Positions 41,483 through 51,645 of a DNA stretch of 64,000 bases are shown here, in pieces. Every line of letters begins with the position of its first letter. Positions within the stretch are counted from its first letter, which is position 1. Origin of the DNA: an uncultured Ignavibacteriaceae bacterium (GTDB lineage Bacteria > Bacteroidota > Ignavibacteria > UBA10030 > BY39); the NCBI GenBank assembly GCA_964437735.1, contig CAYTID010000001.1, positions 8,169 to 72,168 on the forward strand. The letters run 5' to 3'. The position numbers and the translations under genes are program-made. The notes beneath the pieces are model-generated. The model saw nothing but the letters and a program-made list of their open reading frames with translations, was not told where the DNA came from and did not search any database.

Positions 41483-42412
41483 TCAATTATTTTTAAAATG
41501 TTTTATTATGTCTGTGGATAGCTTGGAAAAATCTGTATCATTATCAATCATGAACCATTTTATTCTTTCGTCCCTTCTGAACCAAGTCAACTGTCTCTTT
41601 GCGTATCTACGGCTGTTTCGTTTGATAAGTTCAACCATCGCGGCATAATCAATTTCTCCATTCAGATGCATAAACACTTCCTGATATCCAACCGTTTGCA
41701 GCGAATTGATCTCAGATGTATATCCTATATTTTTTAATTCTTTTACCTCCTCGATCAAGCCGTTGCTAACCATTTCGTCGACTCGCCTATTAATCCGCTC
41801 GTACAATATTTCCCTTTCCCAATCCAGTCCGATGATGATTTTTCTGAAACTGATTTCGATTTTTTCATTTTGTAATTTCGATATTGGAATTCCGGTAATA
41901 GCATATACTTCAATCGCACGAATTATTCTTCTTACATTACTTGGCAGCATTTTAGAAGCAGCATCAGGATCAAATTTCCTTAATTCATCTAAAAGTTTTT
42001 CGGAACCTTCAGAGTGTAATCTTTCGTACAATCCTTTCCTGACATGATCATCCGCAGAAGGCGCATCAAAAAATCCATCGATCAACGAATTCACATATAA
42101 ACCCGAGCCGCCTACAACAATTGGTTGTTTTCCTTTTTTAAAAATCTGATCGATTCTCTCCCTTCCCTGTTTTCCGAATTCCCCTGCATTAAAAATTTCA
42201 TCGGGTAAATATTCATCGATGAAATGATGCTTGCACGAATTCAGGACTCCGCGAGTCGGCTTAGCCGTACCAATGTCTAAATATTTATATATCTGTCGCG
42301 AATCTGCTGATATAATTTCGCCATCCAATTCCTTGGAAATGATTACGCTAAGTTCAGTTTTACCCGATGCGGTGGGACCAACTATTACAAGAACTTTTTT
42401 ATTTTTTTCCAT
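41483..42412 (-). CDS. miaA: tRNA dimethylallyltransferase
   Basis: P-loop VIVGPTASGKTELS, DSRQIY motif. 309 aa. Confidence 0.9.
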   Translation of the reverse strand: MEKNKKVLVIVGPTASGKTELSVIISKELDGEIISADSRQIYKYLDIGTAKPTRGVLNSCKHHFIDEYLPDEIFNAGEFGKQGRERIDQIFKKGKQPIVVGGSGLYVNSLIDGFFDAPSADDHVRKGLYERLHSEGSEKLLDELRKFDPDAASKMLPSNVRRIIRAIEVYAITGIPISKLQNEKIEISFRKIIIGLDWEREILYERINRRVDEMVSNGLIEEVKELKNIGYTSEINSLQTVGYQEVFMHLNGEIDYAAMVELIKRNSRRYAKRQLTWFRRDERIKWFMIDNDTDFSKLSTDIIKHFKNN

Positions 42413-42437
42413 CAGGCTCCGTTAGTATCACCGCTAG

Positions 42438-43094
42438 TTACTTCTGCCAACCCATTTTCCCGATCAAAGGTACAAATTTAAATCCTAAAATGTCTTTTCT
42501 TTGATAACTGTCTCCCTCCCTTGTTACCACATGGAGGTCTTGAAAATCTATGTTGCCTATCGGAATAACGAGCTTACCGCCGTTGACCAGTTGTGCCAGC
42601 AATGGTTCGGGAATTTCCGGCGCCGATGCTGTAACTATAATGCCGTCATAAGGAGCAAACTCTCCCCAACCGATTGTACCGTCGCCGCATTTTGAGACAA
42701 TAGGATATTTAAGTTTATCGAATACTTTCCTTGCTTCGTTCAACAATTCCATATGTCTTTCGATAGTAAAAACTCTCGCTCCCATCTCTGCTAAAACCGC
42801 TGCCTGATAACCTGAACCAGTTCCTATTTCCAATACCTTAGCCCCTTTTTTGATTTCTAGAGCTTCAGTCATTACTGCGACGGTATAAGGCTGTGATATG
42901 GTCTGTGATAATCCTATCGGTAATGCTGAATCTTCATAAGCTCTTCCTACAAATAAATCTCCCACAAATAAGTGTCGGGGGATTTTTTCCATAGCTCGTA
43001 ATAATGATTCATCATTTACATTACGCCGGCGGATTAAATCCACCATTTCCTTACGTTCGCTTTTATATCTTCCATTGCTAACAAAATCAGCCAT
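42438..43094 (-). CDS. pcm: Protein-L-isoaspartate O-methyltransferase
   Basis: SAM-binding VLEIGTGSGYQAAVLA and the upstream ISQPY motif. 218 aa. Confidence 0.85.
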   Translation of the reverse strand: MADFVSNGRYKSERKEMVDLIRRRNVNDESLLRAMEKIPRHLFVGDLFVGRAYEDSALPIGLSQTISQPYTVAVMTEALEIKKGAKVLEIGTGSGYQAAVLAEMGARVFTIERHMELLNEARKVFDKLKYPIVSKCGDGTIGWGEFAPYDGIIVTASAPEIPEPLLAQLVNGGKLVIPIGNIDFQDLHVVTREGDSYQRKDILGFKFVPLIGKMGWQK

Positions 43095-43902
43095 TGGTTC
43101 TCAAACTACTCCAAATATTTTTCCAGGTTTTTTCTGTATATTTTATTAATCTGTTTCTTAATTCCTGCTGTAATTCATGCGCCGATAGTCCGGAAACTAA
43201 AACACCATTTTCCGCTATCGATAATGTTCCCCTTTCTTCGGAAACGATTACTACAATTACATCAGCTTGTTCTGAAATCCCCAAGCCGGCACGATGTCGC
43301 ATTCCCAGAATTAATTCTCCGATTCTTGTCACGTGAGAAAGCGGTAACGTACAGCGGGCAGCTTCAATAATACGATCTTTAATTATTACGGCACCATCGT
43401 GTAATGGTGATTTAGGATTGAAAATGGATATCAGTAATGCCTTGCTCACGAGCGCCTGAAGAGAAATTCCGGTTTCTACTAAACTTCTAATCCCTGTAGC
43501 CCTCGAAATAACAATCAAAGCGCCATGACGCTTTCGAGATAAATCAGCTGCAGCCGCGGCAATCTCGTCGATAGATTCCGTAACATCAATCCGTATAAAT
43601 CGCCGGATTACACGATTTTTACCGATGATTACCAGAAGTCTTCTTAACTCAGGTTGAAATAATATTATAAAAGCTATTACCCAAATATCCGTTAAAGTTC
43701 TCAGCAACCAACTCATAGCTTTCAGATTGATAGCTTGAGCGAAAAAAGAAAATGCTATTATCACAAGAAGTCCGACAAAAATCTGTGCGGCGATTGTTCC
43801 CCGCATAATAGTATACAACTTGTAAAATATAATCGATACGATTGCAATATCCAGAACATCGACTAAAGTTACAGTAATAAATCCGATTTTAAATAATTCC
43901 AA
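43087..43902 (-). CDS. cdaA: Diadenylate cyclase CdaA (3 N-terminal TMs plus DAC/DisA_N domain)
   Basis: Three TM helices, then DAC motifs (HDGAVII, RHRAGLGISE-like RHR motif). 271 aa. 8-nt overlap with pcm. Confidence 0.8.
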   Translation of the reverse strand: MELFKIGFITVTLVDVLDIAIVSIIFYKLYTIMRGTIAAQIFVGLLVIIAFSFFAQAINLKAMSWLLRTLTDIWVIAFIILFQPELRRLLVIIGKNRVIRRFIRIDVTESIDEIAAAAADLSRKRHGALIVISRATGIRSLVETGISLQALVSKALLISIFNPKSPLHDGAVIIKDRIIEAARCTLPLSHVTRIGELILGMRHRAGLGISEQADVIVVIVSEERGTLSIAENGVLVSGLSAHELQQELRNRLIKYTEKTWKNIWSSLRTNG

Positions 43903-43911
43903 TTTTTATTC

Positions 43912-44745
43912 CTATTTTAATGCATCTACAATTTTTGCAACTCGTTTCATTTCTTTAACATCGTGCACTCTTACAACATTTGCGCCCTTCATAATTGAAA
44001 CAGCTATGGCAGCCGCAGTCCCCTCAAGCCTCTCATCCACCGGCAAATTAAGAATATTTCCGATAAAAGATTTCCGTGAAGGTCCGATTAGTACGGGATA
44101 TTTCAGGTCCTTAAATTCATTTAATCTTTTTAAAATTTCGATGTTATGTTTTACATTTTTTCCGAAACCAATACCCGGGTCTACAAATATTTTCTTGACT
44201 CCATAACGTTCAGCCTTATCAATGCTTTCCTGTAGAGAATGTTTTATTTCGTCGATCAGATTCTCATATTCCGGATTATTTTGCATCGTTTTCGGATTGC
44301 CCTTCATATGCATTAACACGATCGCAGCATCATATTTTCCTGCAATTTCAGCTATTCGTATGTCATTTCGCAAGCTGCTGATATCATTTATGATAGTTGC
44401 TCCTGATTCCAAGGCTTTTTCTGCAACCACCGACTTTGTTGTATCGATCGAAATAGGAATTTTTGTTAAAGAATTCAACTTCCTGACTACCGGAATTACT
44501 CTTTCCAACTCAACCTCGACAGGGACTGAATCGGAACCGGGCTTTGTCGACTCCCCGCCGATATCAATAAAATCAGCCCCCTCGTCGATCATCCGCAGTG
44601 CATGATCGACAGCTTTTTCAGTGGAAAAATATTCCCCTGCATCCGAAAACGAATCGGGTGTAACATTTAAAATACCCATTATATAAGTACGCTCTGTAAA
44701 ATCGTACTCATGCGAATTAAATTTAAATAAATTTTCTTTTAACAC
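43912..44745 (-). CDS. folP: Dihydropteroate synthase
   Basis: IMGILNVTPDSFSDAG and pterin-binding TIM-barrel motifs (DIGGESTKPG). 277 aa. Confidence 0.9.
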   Translation of the reverse strand: MLKENLFKFNSHEYDFTERTYIMGILNVTPDSFSDAGEYFSTEKAVDHALRMIDEGADFIDIGGESTKPGSDSVPVEVELERVIPVVRKLNSLTKIPISIDTTKSVVAEKALESGATIINDISSLRNDIRIAEIAGKYDAAIVLMHMKGNPKTMQNNPEYENLIDEIKHSLQESIDKAERYGVKKIFVDPGIGFGKNVKHNIEILKRLNEFKDLKYPVLIGPSRKSFIGNILNLPVDERLEGTAAAIAVSIMKGANVVRVHDVKEMKRVAKIVDALK

Positions 44746-44789
44746 ACTTTTCTCTTTTTGAATATATGAAAATTCTAACGGCAGTGCAA

Positions 44790-44821
44790 TAAAAAAAAAC
44801 GGCTCTTAATTCAAAGCCGTT
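44790..44821 (-). terminator. Rho-independent terminator downstream of trxB
   Basis: Stem aacggct/agccgtt (44798-44821). On the plus strand it is preceded by A9 (44791-44799), which is U9 after the stem on the minus strand. Confidence 0.6.
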
Positions 44822-44858
44822 TGCAATTTATTAAAACATGAAATTCCAATATTCTTCA

Positions 44859-45803
44859 TTAGTGCAGACCTTCCAGATACCGCTCTGCATCGATAGCAGC
44901 TTGACATCCTGAACCAGCAGCAGTAATTGCCTGTCTGTAAACGGAATCTCCCACATCACCTGCTGCAAATACACCTGGAATATTTGTAGCAGTTCCTTTT
45001 CCGACAAGTTTTACATAGCCCGACTCATACAAATCAATCTGACCTTTGAAGATAGAAGTATTCGGGACATGTCCGATTGCGATAAAAAGTCCTTCAGCTT
45101 TAATTTCAGACTTCTCACCGGTTCTTACATTCTTTATGCGTAATCCGGTCATCGATTTTTTTTCTTTTTCCTCTTTTCCCAACACTTCATCAACTACACT
45201 ATCCCAGATGAAAGATATTTTCGGATTAGTCATAGCTTTTTCCTGCATAATTTTAGAAGCTCTCAACTCATCTCTTCTGTGTATAACAATTACCTTTGAA
45301 GCGAATTTTGTTAAAAAGGTTGCTTCCTCTATCGCTGTATCCCCCCCCCCAACGACGGTAACTTCTAAATTCTTAAAGAAGAATCCGTCGCAAGTTGCAC
45401 ATGCAGAAACTCCGTAACCGAAATATTTTTTTTCAGAATCAATATTCAGTAATCTGGCAGAAGCTCCGGTGGAAATAATAACTGCATCAGCAGTGAATAA
45501 TTCATCGCCCGACCATAACTTAAAAGGTTTACTCGAAAAATCTACTTTTGTAATATCTTTTGATATACAGTTTGTTCCAAACCTTTTTGCTTGTTTTTTG
45601 AATAACTCCATCATCTCGGGTCCCATTATTCCTTCCGGAAAACCGGGATAATTATCAACTTCCGTTGTGATTGTCAACTGCCCGCCCGGCTGACTTCCTT
45701 CAAACAATGTCGGATTCAGGTTTGCCCTCGATGCATAAATTGCTGCCGTGTATCCAGCCGGACCTGAGCCGATTATTATTACTTTGCTGTGATTATTCTC
45801 CAT
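44859..45803 (-). CDS. trxB: Thioredoxin-disulfide reductase
   Basis: FAD motif VIIIGSGPAGYTAA, redox-active CATCDG, NADPH Rossmann. 314 aa. Confidence 0.9.
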   Translation of the reverse strand: MENNHSKVIIIGSGPAGYTAAIYASRANLNPTLFEGSQPGGQLTITTEVDNYPGFPEGIMGPEMMELFKKQAKRFGTNCISKDITKVDFSSKPFKLWSGDELFTADAVIISTGASARLLNIDSEKKYFGYGVSACATCDGFFFKNLEVTVVGGGDTAIEEATFLTKFASKVIVIHRRDELRASKIMQEKAMTNPKISFIWDSVVDEVLGKEEKEKKSMTGLRIKNVRTGEKSEIKAEGLFIAIGHVPNTSIFKGQIDLYESGYVKLVGKGTATNIPGVFAAGDVGDSVYRQAITAAGSGCQAAIDAERYLEGLH

Positions 45804-46736
45804 CTATTCTTCCTTGTTTTTTCTTGCGTTATCGAAATTATTTAAAAATTTTTTCAATTTTATCCTTTTAATTGGTGAACGATGAAACAGTCTATCAAAT
45901 TCACTCATTTCATTCACATTGTTATCTATTAGATTCAGATTTTCCAATTTGGATTCAAATTCTTTAATTTTGGTAATTTTTGAGAATTTTTTATTCCATG
46001 GACAAACGTCCTGGCATTCATCGCAACCATATATCCACTCTCGGGTTTTATTTCCAATTATCGGATCAATGACATTTTTCTGTTCGATAGTTATGTAAGA
46101 AATACAAAGTCTTGAATCGAGTATATGCGGTGAAATTAATGCACCCGTCGGACAGGCTTCAATACATTTATTACACGTACCGCAGTAATTTTGATAAGGA
46201 TCATCATATTCAAGTTCAACATTCAATAAGATGACACCAAGAAATAGCCATGATCCATATTCACGGTTCATTATCAGAGAATTTTTACCCACCCAACCAA
46301 TACCAGCACGATTGGCAAACGCTTTTTCCATAATTGCTCCCGAGTCGACAAAATATTTCCCATGAGTATCAGGAATAATTTGCTTTGTGTATTCCAATAA
46401 TTCTTTAAGCTTGCCTCCGATTACGTTGTGGTAATCATCTCCCCAAGCATAACGCGAAATTTTACCCAACAGATGTTTGTTTGAATCGGAATTTCTCTGA
46501 AAATAATTTCCAGCCGCGATTAGGACAGATTTAGCATCAGGCATTATTTTAAAAGGATTTATTCGTTTTTCATAATTTTTTCGCAGCCACACCATATCTG
46601 CATGGAATCCATTCCCTAACCATTTTTTTAAATTTACCCCCTCTTCCTTTAGTTCTTCTGCCTTTGCAATTCCGATTTTTGTAAAACCTAAATCTATTCC
46701 CTTTTTCTTAATAGATTTTGTAATCAAAGACATCAC
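45804..46736 (-). CDS. queG: Epoxyqueuosine reductase
   Basis: 4Fe-4S motifs (CGTCNKCIEACPTGAL; CDECQDVCPWN) and QueG-like N-terminal domain. 310 aa. Confidence 0.8.
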   Translation of the reverse strand: MMSLITKSIKKKGIDLGFTKIGIAKAEELKEEGVNLKKWLGNGFHADMVWLRKNYEKRINPFKIMPDAKSVLIAAGNYFQRNSDSNKHLLGKISRYAWGDDYHNVIGGKLKELLEYTKQIIPDTHGKYFVDSGAIMEKAFANRAGIGWVGKNSLIMNREYGSWLFLGVILLNVELEYDDPYQNYCGTCNKCIEACPTGALISPHILDSRLCISYITIEQKNVIDPIIGNKTREWIYGCDECQDVCPWNKKFSKITKIKEFESKLENLNLIDNNVNEMSEFDRLFHRSPIKRIKLKKFLNNFDNARKNKEE

Positions 46737-47594
46737 TTAATCTAAACTTATCTTTTCGCTGAAAGAAAAACCCTTCTCGCCGGAGATGACGGTGCCAGCT
46801 TCGATTCCGGGATCGTGTTCAAAAAATAATATCCACTTTTCTTCATAAGCAGGTCCTAATATATTTTTTTTCTCTTCAAGAGTAACAAGAGGCCTGAGGT
46901 CGTAACCCATAATATATGGCAGCGGAATATGTGACGATGTCGGTATCAGATCACCACTGTATAAAAATGTTTTCTTTCCGTCAGAAATTTTTGGCAACTG
47001 TTGAGAATTGGTGTGACCATTTACAATAACGAGTTCAATATTTGGAAATATTTCAAATTCTCCGTCTACAATCTCCAGAACACCGTGTTCTTTCAAAGGC
47101 AAAAAATCCTCAGCGATGAAACTTGCTTTATCCCTGTCGGTTGGGTTCAGCGCCAAATTCCAATGATCTTTCTGGACGTAATATTTCGCATTAGAAAAAG
47201 TCGGTTTTATAATTCCATTATCATTAAAAGTCGAACCACCTGCATGGTCAAAATGAAGGTGAGTTAAAATGACATCAGTAATTTCTTCAGGCTTTATATC
47301 GAGATCATTTAAAGAGGACTTAATATTAAAATGTCCGAAATCAATTTTATAGATTTCATTTATTTTTTTTGGAAACTTCTGAGTATTTCCGGTGTCAACT
47401 AATATTTTCCGGTCCGGTCCGATTATCAACAAACTTCTGGTAACCATTTGGATACGATTCATTTCGTCGGGGGGATTTGTTTTCCGCCAAAACGTTTGAG
47501 GAACAACACCGAACATTGCTCCACCGTCGAGTGCAAATTGACTTGTTACTATTGGATAGAGTTTGTATTGACCTATTTGCATATAAATTCTCAC
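46737..47594 (-). CDS. MBL-fold metallo-hydrolase
   Basis: HxHxDH motif in THLHFDHAGG. 285 aa. Confidence 0.7.
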   Translation of the reverse strand: MRIYMQIGQYKLYPIVTSQFALDGGAMFGVVPQTFWRKTNPPDEMNRIQMVTRSLLIIGPDRKILVDTGNTQKFPKKINEIYKIDFGHFNIKSSLNDLDIKPEEITDVILTHLHFDHAGGSTFNDNGIIKPTFSNAKYYVQKDHWNLALNPTDRDKASFIAEDFLPLKEHGVLEIVDGEFEIFPNIELVIVNGHTNSQQLPKISDGKKTFLYSGDLIPTSSHIPLPYIMGYDLRPLVTLEEKKNILGPAYEEKWILFFEHDPGIEAGTVISGEKGFSFSEKISLD

Positions 47595-47668
47595 ATATAT
47601 AAAACAAAGGTCGGTTATTTTTAGTGACTAAAAATAATGCCGACCTGACTAAATAAAATATTAATTAA

Positions 47669-48010
47669 TTAAGCGCCTTTAAATCGGGACGGTGCCTCAG
47701 CAAGTGGCGGAAATTCTTTATCGGGGTGAATTGTTTTGGCTTTTGCGTACAATTGTTCTTCGGTTTCAGGATGGTTCGGATCAGGAACACAGCAATCAAC
47801 CGGACAAACTGCAGCACATTGTTCCTTATCAAAATGTCCAACACATTCTGTGCATTTTTCGGGAACTATATAATAAAAGTCGTTCGATAAAGCATCAACC
47901 ATTTGTCCGTTTAATTCGTATTGTACACCGCCTGCGTAGATAGCAGTGTTGGGGCATTCCGGCTCACAAGCACCACAATTGATGCACTCTTCAGTTATGA
48001 ATGTTGCCAT
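47669..48010 (-). CDS. 4Fe-4S dicluster ferredoxin
   Basis: CINCGACEPECP and C..C...CP motifs. 113 aa. Confidence 0.75.
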   Translation of the reverse strand: MATFITEECINCGACEPECPNTAIYAGGVQYELNGQMVDALSNDFYYIVPEKCTECVGHFDKEQCAAVCPVDCCVPDPNHPETEEQLYAKAKTIHPDKEFPPLAEAPSRFKGA

Positions 48011-48131
48011 ATTAAGTATCTCCTTTAGATTAAGTTATTTTGAGTGAATTTTCGGTAATTACTGTATAATTTTATAATTCAATAAAATTATAAGAAAAAG
48101 TTGTGTAAATATCAATGTTTTTTTGAAAAAA

Positions 48132-51100
48132 TTAGACAACGAAATATTTTGCACCAGGATGATGAACTATTATCGCAGAAGTAGATTGCTCCGGAACCAT
48201 TTGAAATTCCTCAGTTAATTCGATTTCTATTCTCTCCGGATGGAGAAGCTCAAAAATTTTTACCTGATCTTCTAAATCTGGGCATGCCGAATATCCAAAA
48301 CTATATCTTGAACCTTGATATCCCTGCTTAAATAGTTTTTTTATGTCAGGAGCATCTTTATAATAAATATTTAAATCTTTTCTAATTTTGGAATGCCACA
48401 TTTCAGCCAATGCCTCTGTACTTTCAACGCTTAAGCCGTGATATAGCAAATATTTTTGATATTGGTCAGAATCCAATAAAGATTTTAGGTATTCTGTTGC
48501 CTTTTTTCCAACGGTTACGATCATGACTGCTAAAACATCAAATTTGTTTGAATTCTTAGCTACAAAATAATCTGATATGCAGAGATTGCGGTCTGAGGAT
48601 TGACGAGGAAATGTAAACTGTATCCATTTCGATAGTTTCGCATTTTTGTTTGCAGTGACTTGGTTTAAGTCGTTATTTTTAAAAGACCAAACATCGTGTA
48701 TCTCATTCAGGTTTTCAGGCTTATAAACGATTAAATTATTCCCTTCAGATTGGCAAGGAAAATATCCATAAATAACTTTCGGTTCAAGTAATTTTTCATT
48801 TTTAATTTCCGACTTTAAGTGTTCAAAAACAGGATAGATTTCACTTTCGATGTATTTTTTATAATCCTCATTGCTCTTGTCGCCTTTATAAATCTGCCAT
48901 TGACCTTTTATCAGTGCTGTTTCATTGATAAACTCAAAAACATCATCCAATTTAATATTTTCAACTACTTTTGAGCCCCAAAAAGGCGGTTCAGGTATTT
49001 TGATATCGTCTTTGTGTATATTATCTGACTCAATTTTCTCTGTTATTATTTTATCTTTTTTCTTTGTTCGCTTTAAATTCCCTTTTGTAGTTTTTTTAAT
49101 TTCACTCAGATTTTCCATAAACTTTAAACCGTCAAAAACATCACATGCATAAGATACCGGGCCGTTATAGACAGAAGATAGATCTTCTTCAACAAATCTT
49201 CGTGTTAAAGCTGCTCCGCCTAATACCACCGGAATGGTAATATTTCTTTCACTCATTATTTCAAGGTTTTCTTTCATAATGGCGGTTGATTTTACTAACA
49301 GTCCGCTCATTCCTATAGCATCAGCAGTATTATCGATCGCGGATTGAATAATAGTTTCAACGGGGACTCTAATTCCAAGATTTATAACACGATAGCCATT
49401 ATTACTTAAAATTATGTCAACAAGATTTTTACCGATGTCGTGAACATCACCTCTGACAGTTGCCAGCACTAATATGCCTTTCTTGTCAATCGAAGTTTTT
49501 TCCATAAACTGTTCCAGGAATGTAACGGCAGATTTCATTACTTCAGCAGACCTGAGGACAAACGGAAGCTGCATTTTTCCCGCTCCAAACAGTTCGCCGA
49601 CAGTTTTCATTCCCTCTAATAACATATTGTTAATGATATCTATGGGTTTATGCTGCTGTATAGCTGTTTTCAGATTCCCTTCTAAATATTTTTTATTCCC
49701 CTCGATAATGCAATATTTTAACATATCTTCAACTGATTTTAATTCAGTAATTAATTCTTCTTCCTCCTGTCGGTCAATTTTTGCGAAATATTCAATAAAT
49801 TCCTTTAAAGGATCGTTTCCTTTTGATTTATCATTAAATATTAATTTTCGACAAATATCAAATTCTTCTTTTTTAATTTTATATAAGGGCAAAATCTTGG
49901 AAGCATGAACAATTGCCATATCAAGTCCATTTTCGATAGCATAATGAAGAAAAATACTGTTTAATACGATTCTTGATTCCGGTATTAATCCAAATGAAAC
50001 ATTACTAATCCCCAAACTGGTCTTAACATTAGGGAATTTCGCCTTAACAAGCTTTATTGCATTAAGTGTCTCCACGCCTGAATTACGGAATTCGTCATCA
50101 CCGGAACCAAGCGTAAAAGTCAACGTATCAAATATTAAGTTATCCTCAGAAATACCATATTTTTCAACTACTAAGGAGTGTATACGTGAGGCGATTTCTA
50201 ATTTTCGTTCTGCTGATTTTGCCATACCATTTTCATCTATCGTTAAAGCGATTAGAGCGCATCCAAATTTTTTACATAAATTCGCCCCGATAGATAATCT
50301 TTCTTCTCCATCCTCCAGATTGACTGAATTAATAATTGCCTTTCCTCCATATCTCTGTAACGCCGATTCAATGGCATTCAAATCAGTCGAATCAATCATT
50401 AACGGAGCAGTGATTTGAGTATTGAATCGATTGACAATTTCGTCCATATCCTCAATTTCATTTCTACCCGTATATGCGACGCTTAAATCTAAGATATGTG
50501 CTCCCTCCTTAATTTGGGTTTCCCCTACTGCCACCATCCCGTCGAAATCATTCTTCAGCAATAGATCTTTGAATAATTTACTTCCGTTTGCATTTGTTCT
50601 TTCCCCTATTAAAATAGGGGCAGGTTCGATATGAAGCGGAACCGACTGATATAAACTCGAAACACTCGGAATAAAATTAGATACTCGGCTAACAGGTGAT
50701 CGCGAGCCAACCTCATCAACAAGTCGTTTTATATGGTCTGTTGTAGTTCCACAACAACCCCCGATAATATTTACACCTAATTCTTCCACGAAATGGGATA
50801 AATGTTTAGCACAATCCTTCGGTGAGAGGTGGTAATGCGCAATACCACCAATATTTTCGGGCATACCGGCGTTCGGCATACAAAAGATTGGAAATGGACT
50901 GGCAGATTTCAAATACCTGAGATGGTCGGACATTTCAGCAGGTCCTGTGGCACAATTTAAACCTAATGCATCAATTTCAAAAGATTGCAGAGTTGTTAAT
51001 GCAGCAGAAATTTCCGTTCCTAGCAGCATTGTCCCGTTTTTTTCTATTGTTAATGAAACCACAACCGGTAATTTCTTTTTCGTATGTTTAAAATATTCGA

Positions 51101-51623
51101 TTATTCCTGCTAATGCGGCTTTGGTTTGTAAAATATCCTGACAAGTTTCAATAACGATTATATCGGCTCCTCCATCTGTCAGTCCTTGAGCTTGTAAATA
51201 AAAAGCTTTTTCCAGTTCGCGAAATGAAATATGTCCGAGTGAAGGAAGCTTCGTTGTAGGTCCGATTGAGCCTGCAACAAAACGCTGAAGACCGTTTGTA
51301 GAATAATCATCCGCTATTTTTTTTGCAATTTTAGCTGCTTGATAATTAATTTCGTATGATTTATCTGCTAAGCCAAATTCCGATAATACAATCGGACTTG
51401 CTCCAAAGGTATTCGTTTCAATAACATCACAACCGGCTGATAAGAAATCCGAATGAATGGATTCAATCACAGAAGATTTTGAGATAACCAAATATTCATT
51501 GCATCCATTATATCTTTCCCCTCCGAAATCATCCGGATTAAGGTTACGAGCTTGGATATTCGTCCCCATAGCGCCGTCAAAGACAATTATTTTTTCTTTT
51601 AATATTTCAACAAATTTTTTCAT
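48132..51623 (-). CDS. metH: Cobalamin-dependent methionine synthase
   Basis: Hcy-binding domain (GAMGT), pterin-binding domain, B12-binding domain (DVHDIGKN, i.e. the D-x-H-x-x-G motif) and C-terminal AdoMet reactivation domain (GYSACPDL). 1163 aa. Confidence 0.9.
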   Translation of the reverse strand: MKKFVEILKEKIIVFDGAMGTNIQARNLNPDDFGGERYNGCNEYLVISKSSVIESIHSDFLSAGCDVIETNTFGASPIVLSEFGLADKSYEINYQAAKIAKKIADDYSTNGLQRFVAGSIGPTTKLPSLGHISFRELEKAFYLQAQGLTDGGADIIVIETCQDILQTKAALAGIIEYFKHTKKKLPVVVSLTIEKNGTMLLGTEISAALTTLQSFEIDALGLNCATGPAEMSDHLRYLKSASPFPIFCMPNAGMPENIGGIAHYHLSPKDCAKHLSHFVEELGVNIIGGCCGTTTDHIKRLVDEVGSRSPVSRVSNFIPSVSSLYQSVPLHIEPAPILIGERTNANGSKLFKDLLLKNDFDGMVAVGETQIKEGAHILDLSVAYTGRNEIEDMDEIVNRFNTQITAPLMIDSTDLNAIESALQRYGGKAIINSVNLEDGEERLSIGANLCKKFGCALIALTIDENGMAKSAERKLEIASRIHSLVVEKYGISEDNLIFDTLTFTLGSGDDEFRNSGVETLNAIKLVKAKFPNVKTSLGISNVSFGLIPESRIVLNSIFLHYAIENGLDMAIVHASKILPLYKIKKEEFDICRKLIFNDKSKGNDPLKEFIEYFAKIDRQEEEELITELKSVEDMLKYCIIEGNKKYLEGNLKTAIQQHKPIDIINNMLLEGMKTVGELFGAGKMQLPFVLRSAEVMKSAVTFLEQFMEKTSIDKKGILVLATVRGDVHDIGKNLVDIILSNNGYRVINLGIRVPVETIIQSAIDNTADAIGMSGLLVKSTAIMKENLEIMSERNITIPVVLGGAALTRRFVEEDLSSVYNGPVSYACDVFDGLKFMENLSEIKKTTKGNLKRTKKKDKIITEKIESDNIHKDDIKIPEPPFWGSKVVENIKLDDVFEFINETALIKGQWQIYKGDKSNEDYKKYIESEIYPVFEHLKSEIKNEKLLEPKVIYGYFPCQSEGNNLIVYKPENLNEIHDVWSFKNNDLNQVTANKNAKLSKWIQFTFPRQSSDRNLCISDYFVAKNSNKFDVLAVMIVTVGKKATEYLKSLLDSDQYQKYLLYHGLSVESTEALAEMWHSKIRKDLNIYYKDAPDIKKLFKQGYQGSRYSFGYSACPDLEDQVKIFELLHPERIEIELTEEFQMVPEQSTSAIIVHHPGAKYFVV

Positions 51624-51645
51624 GTCTAAAATAACATATATCGAT

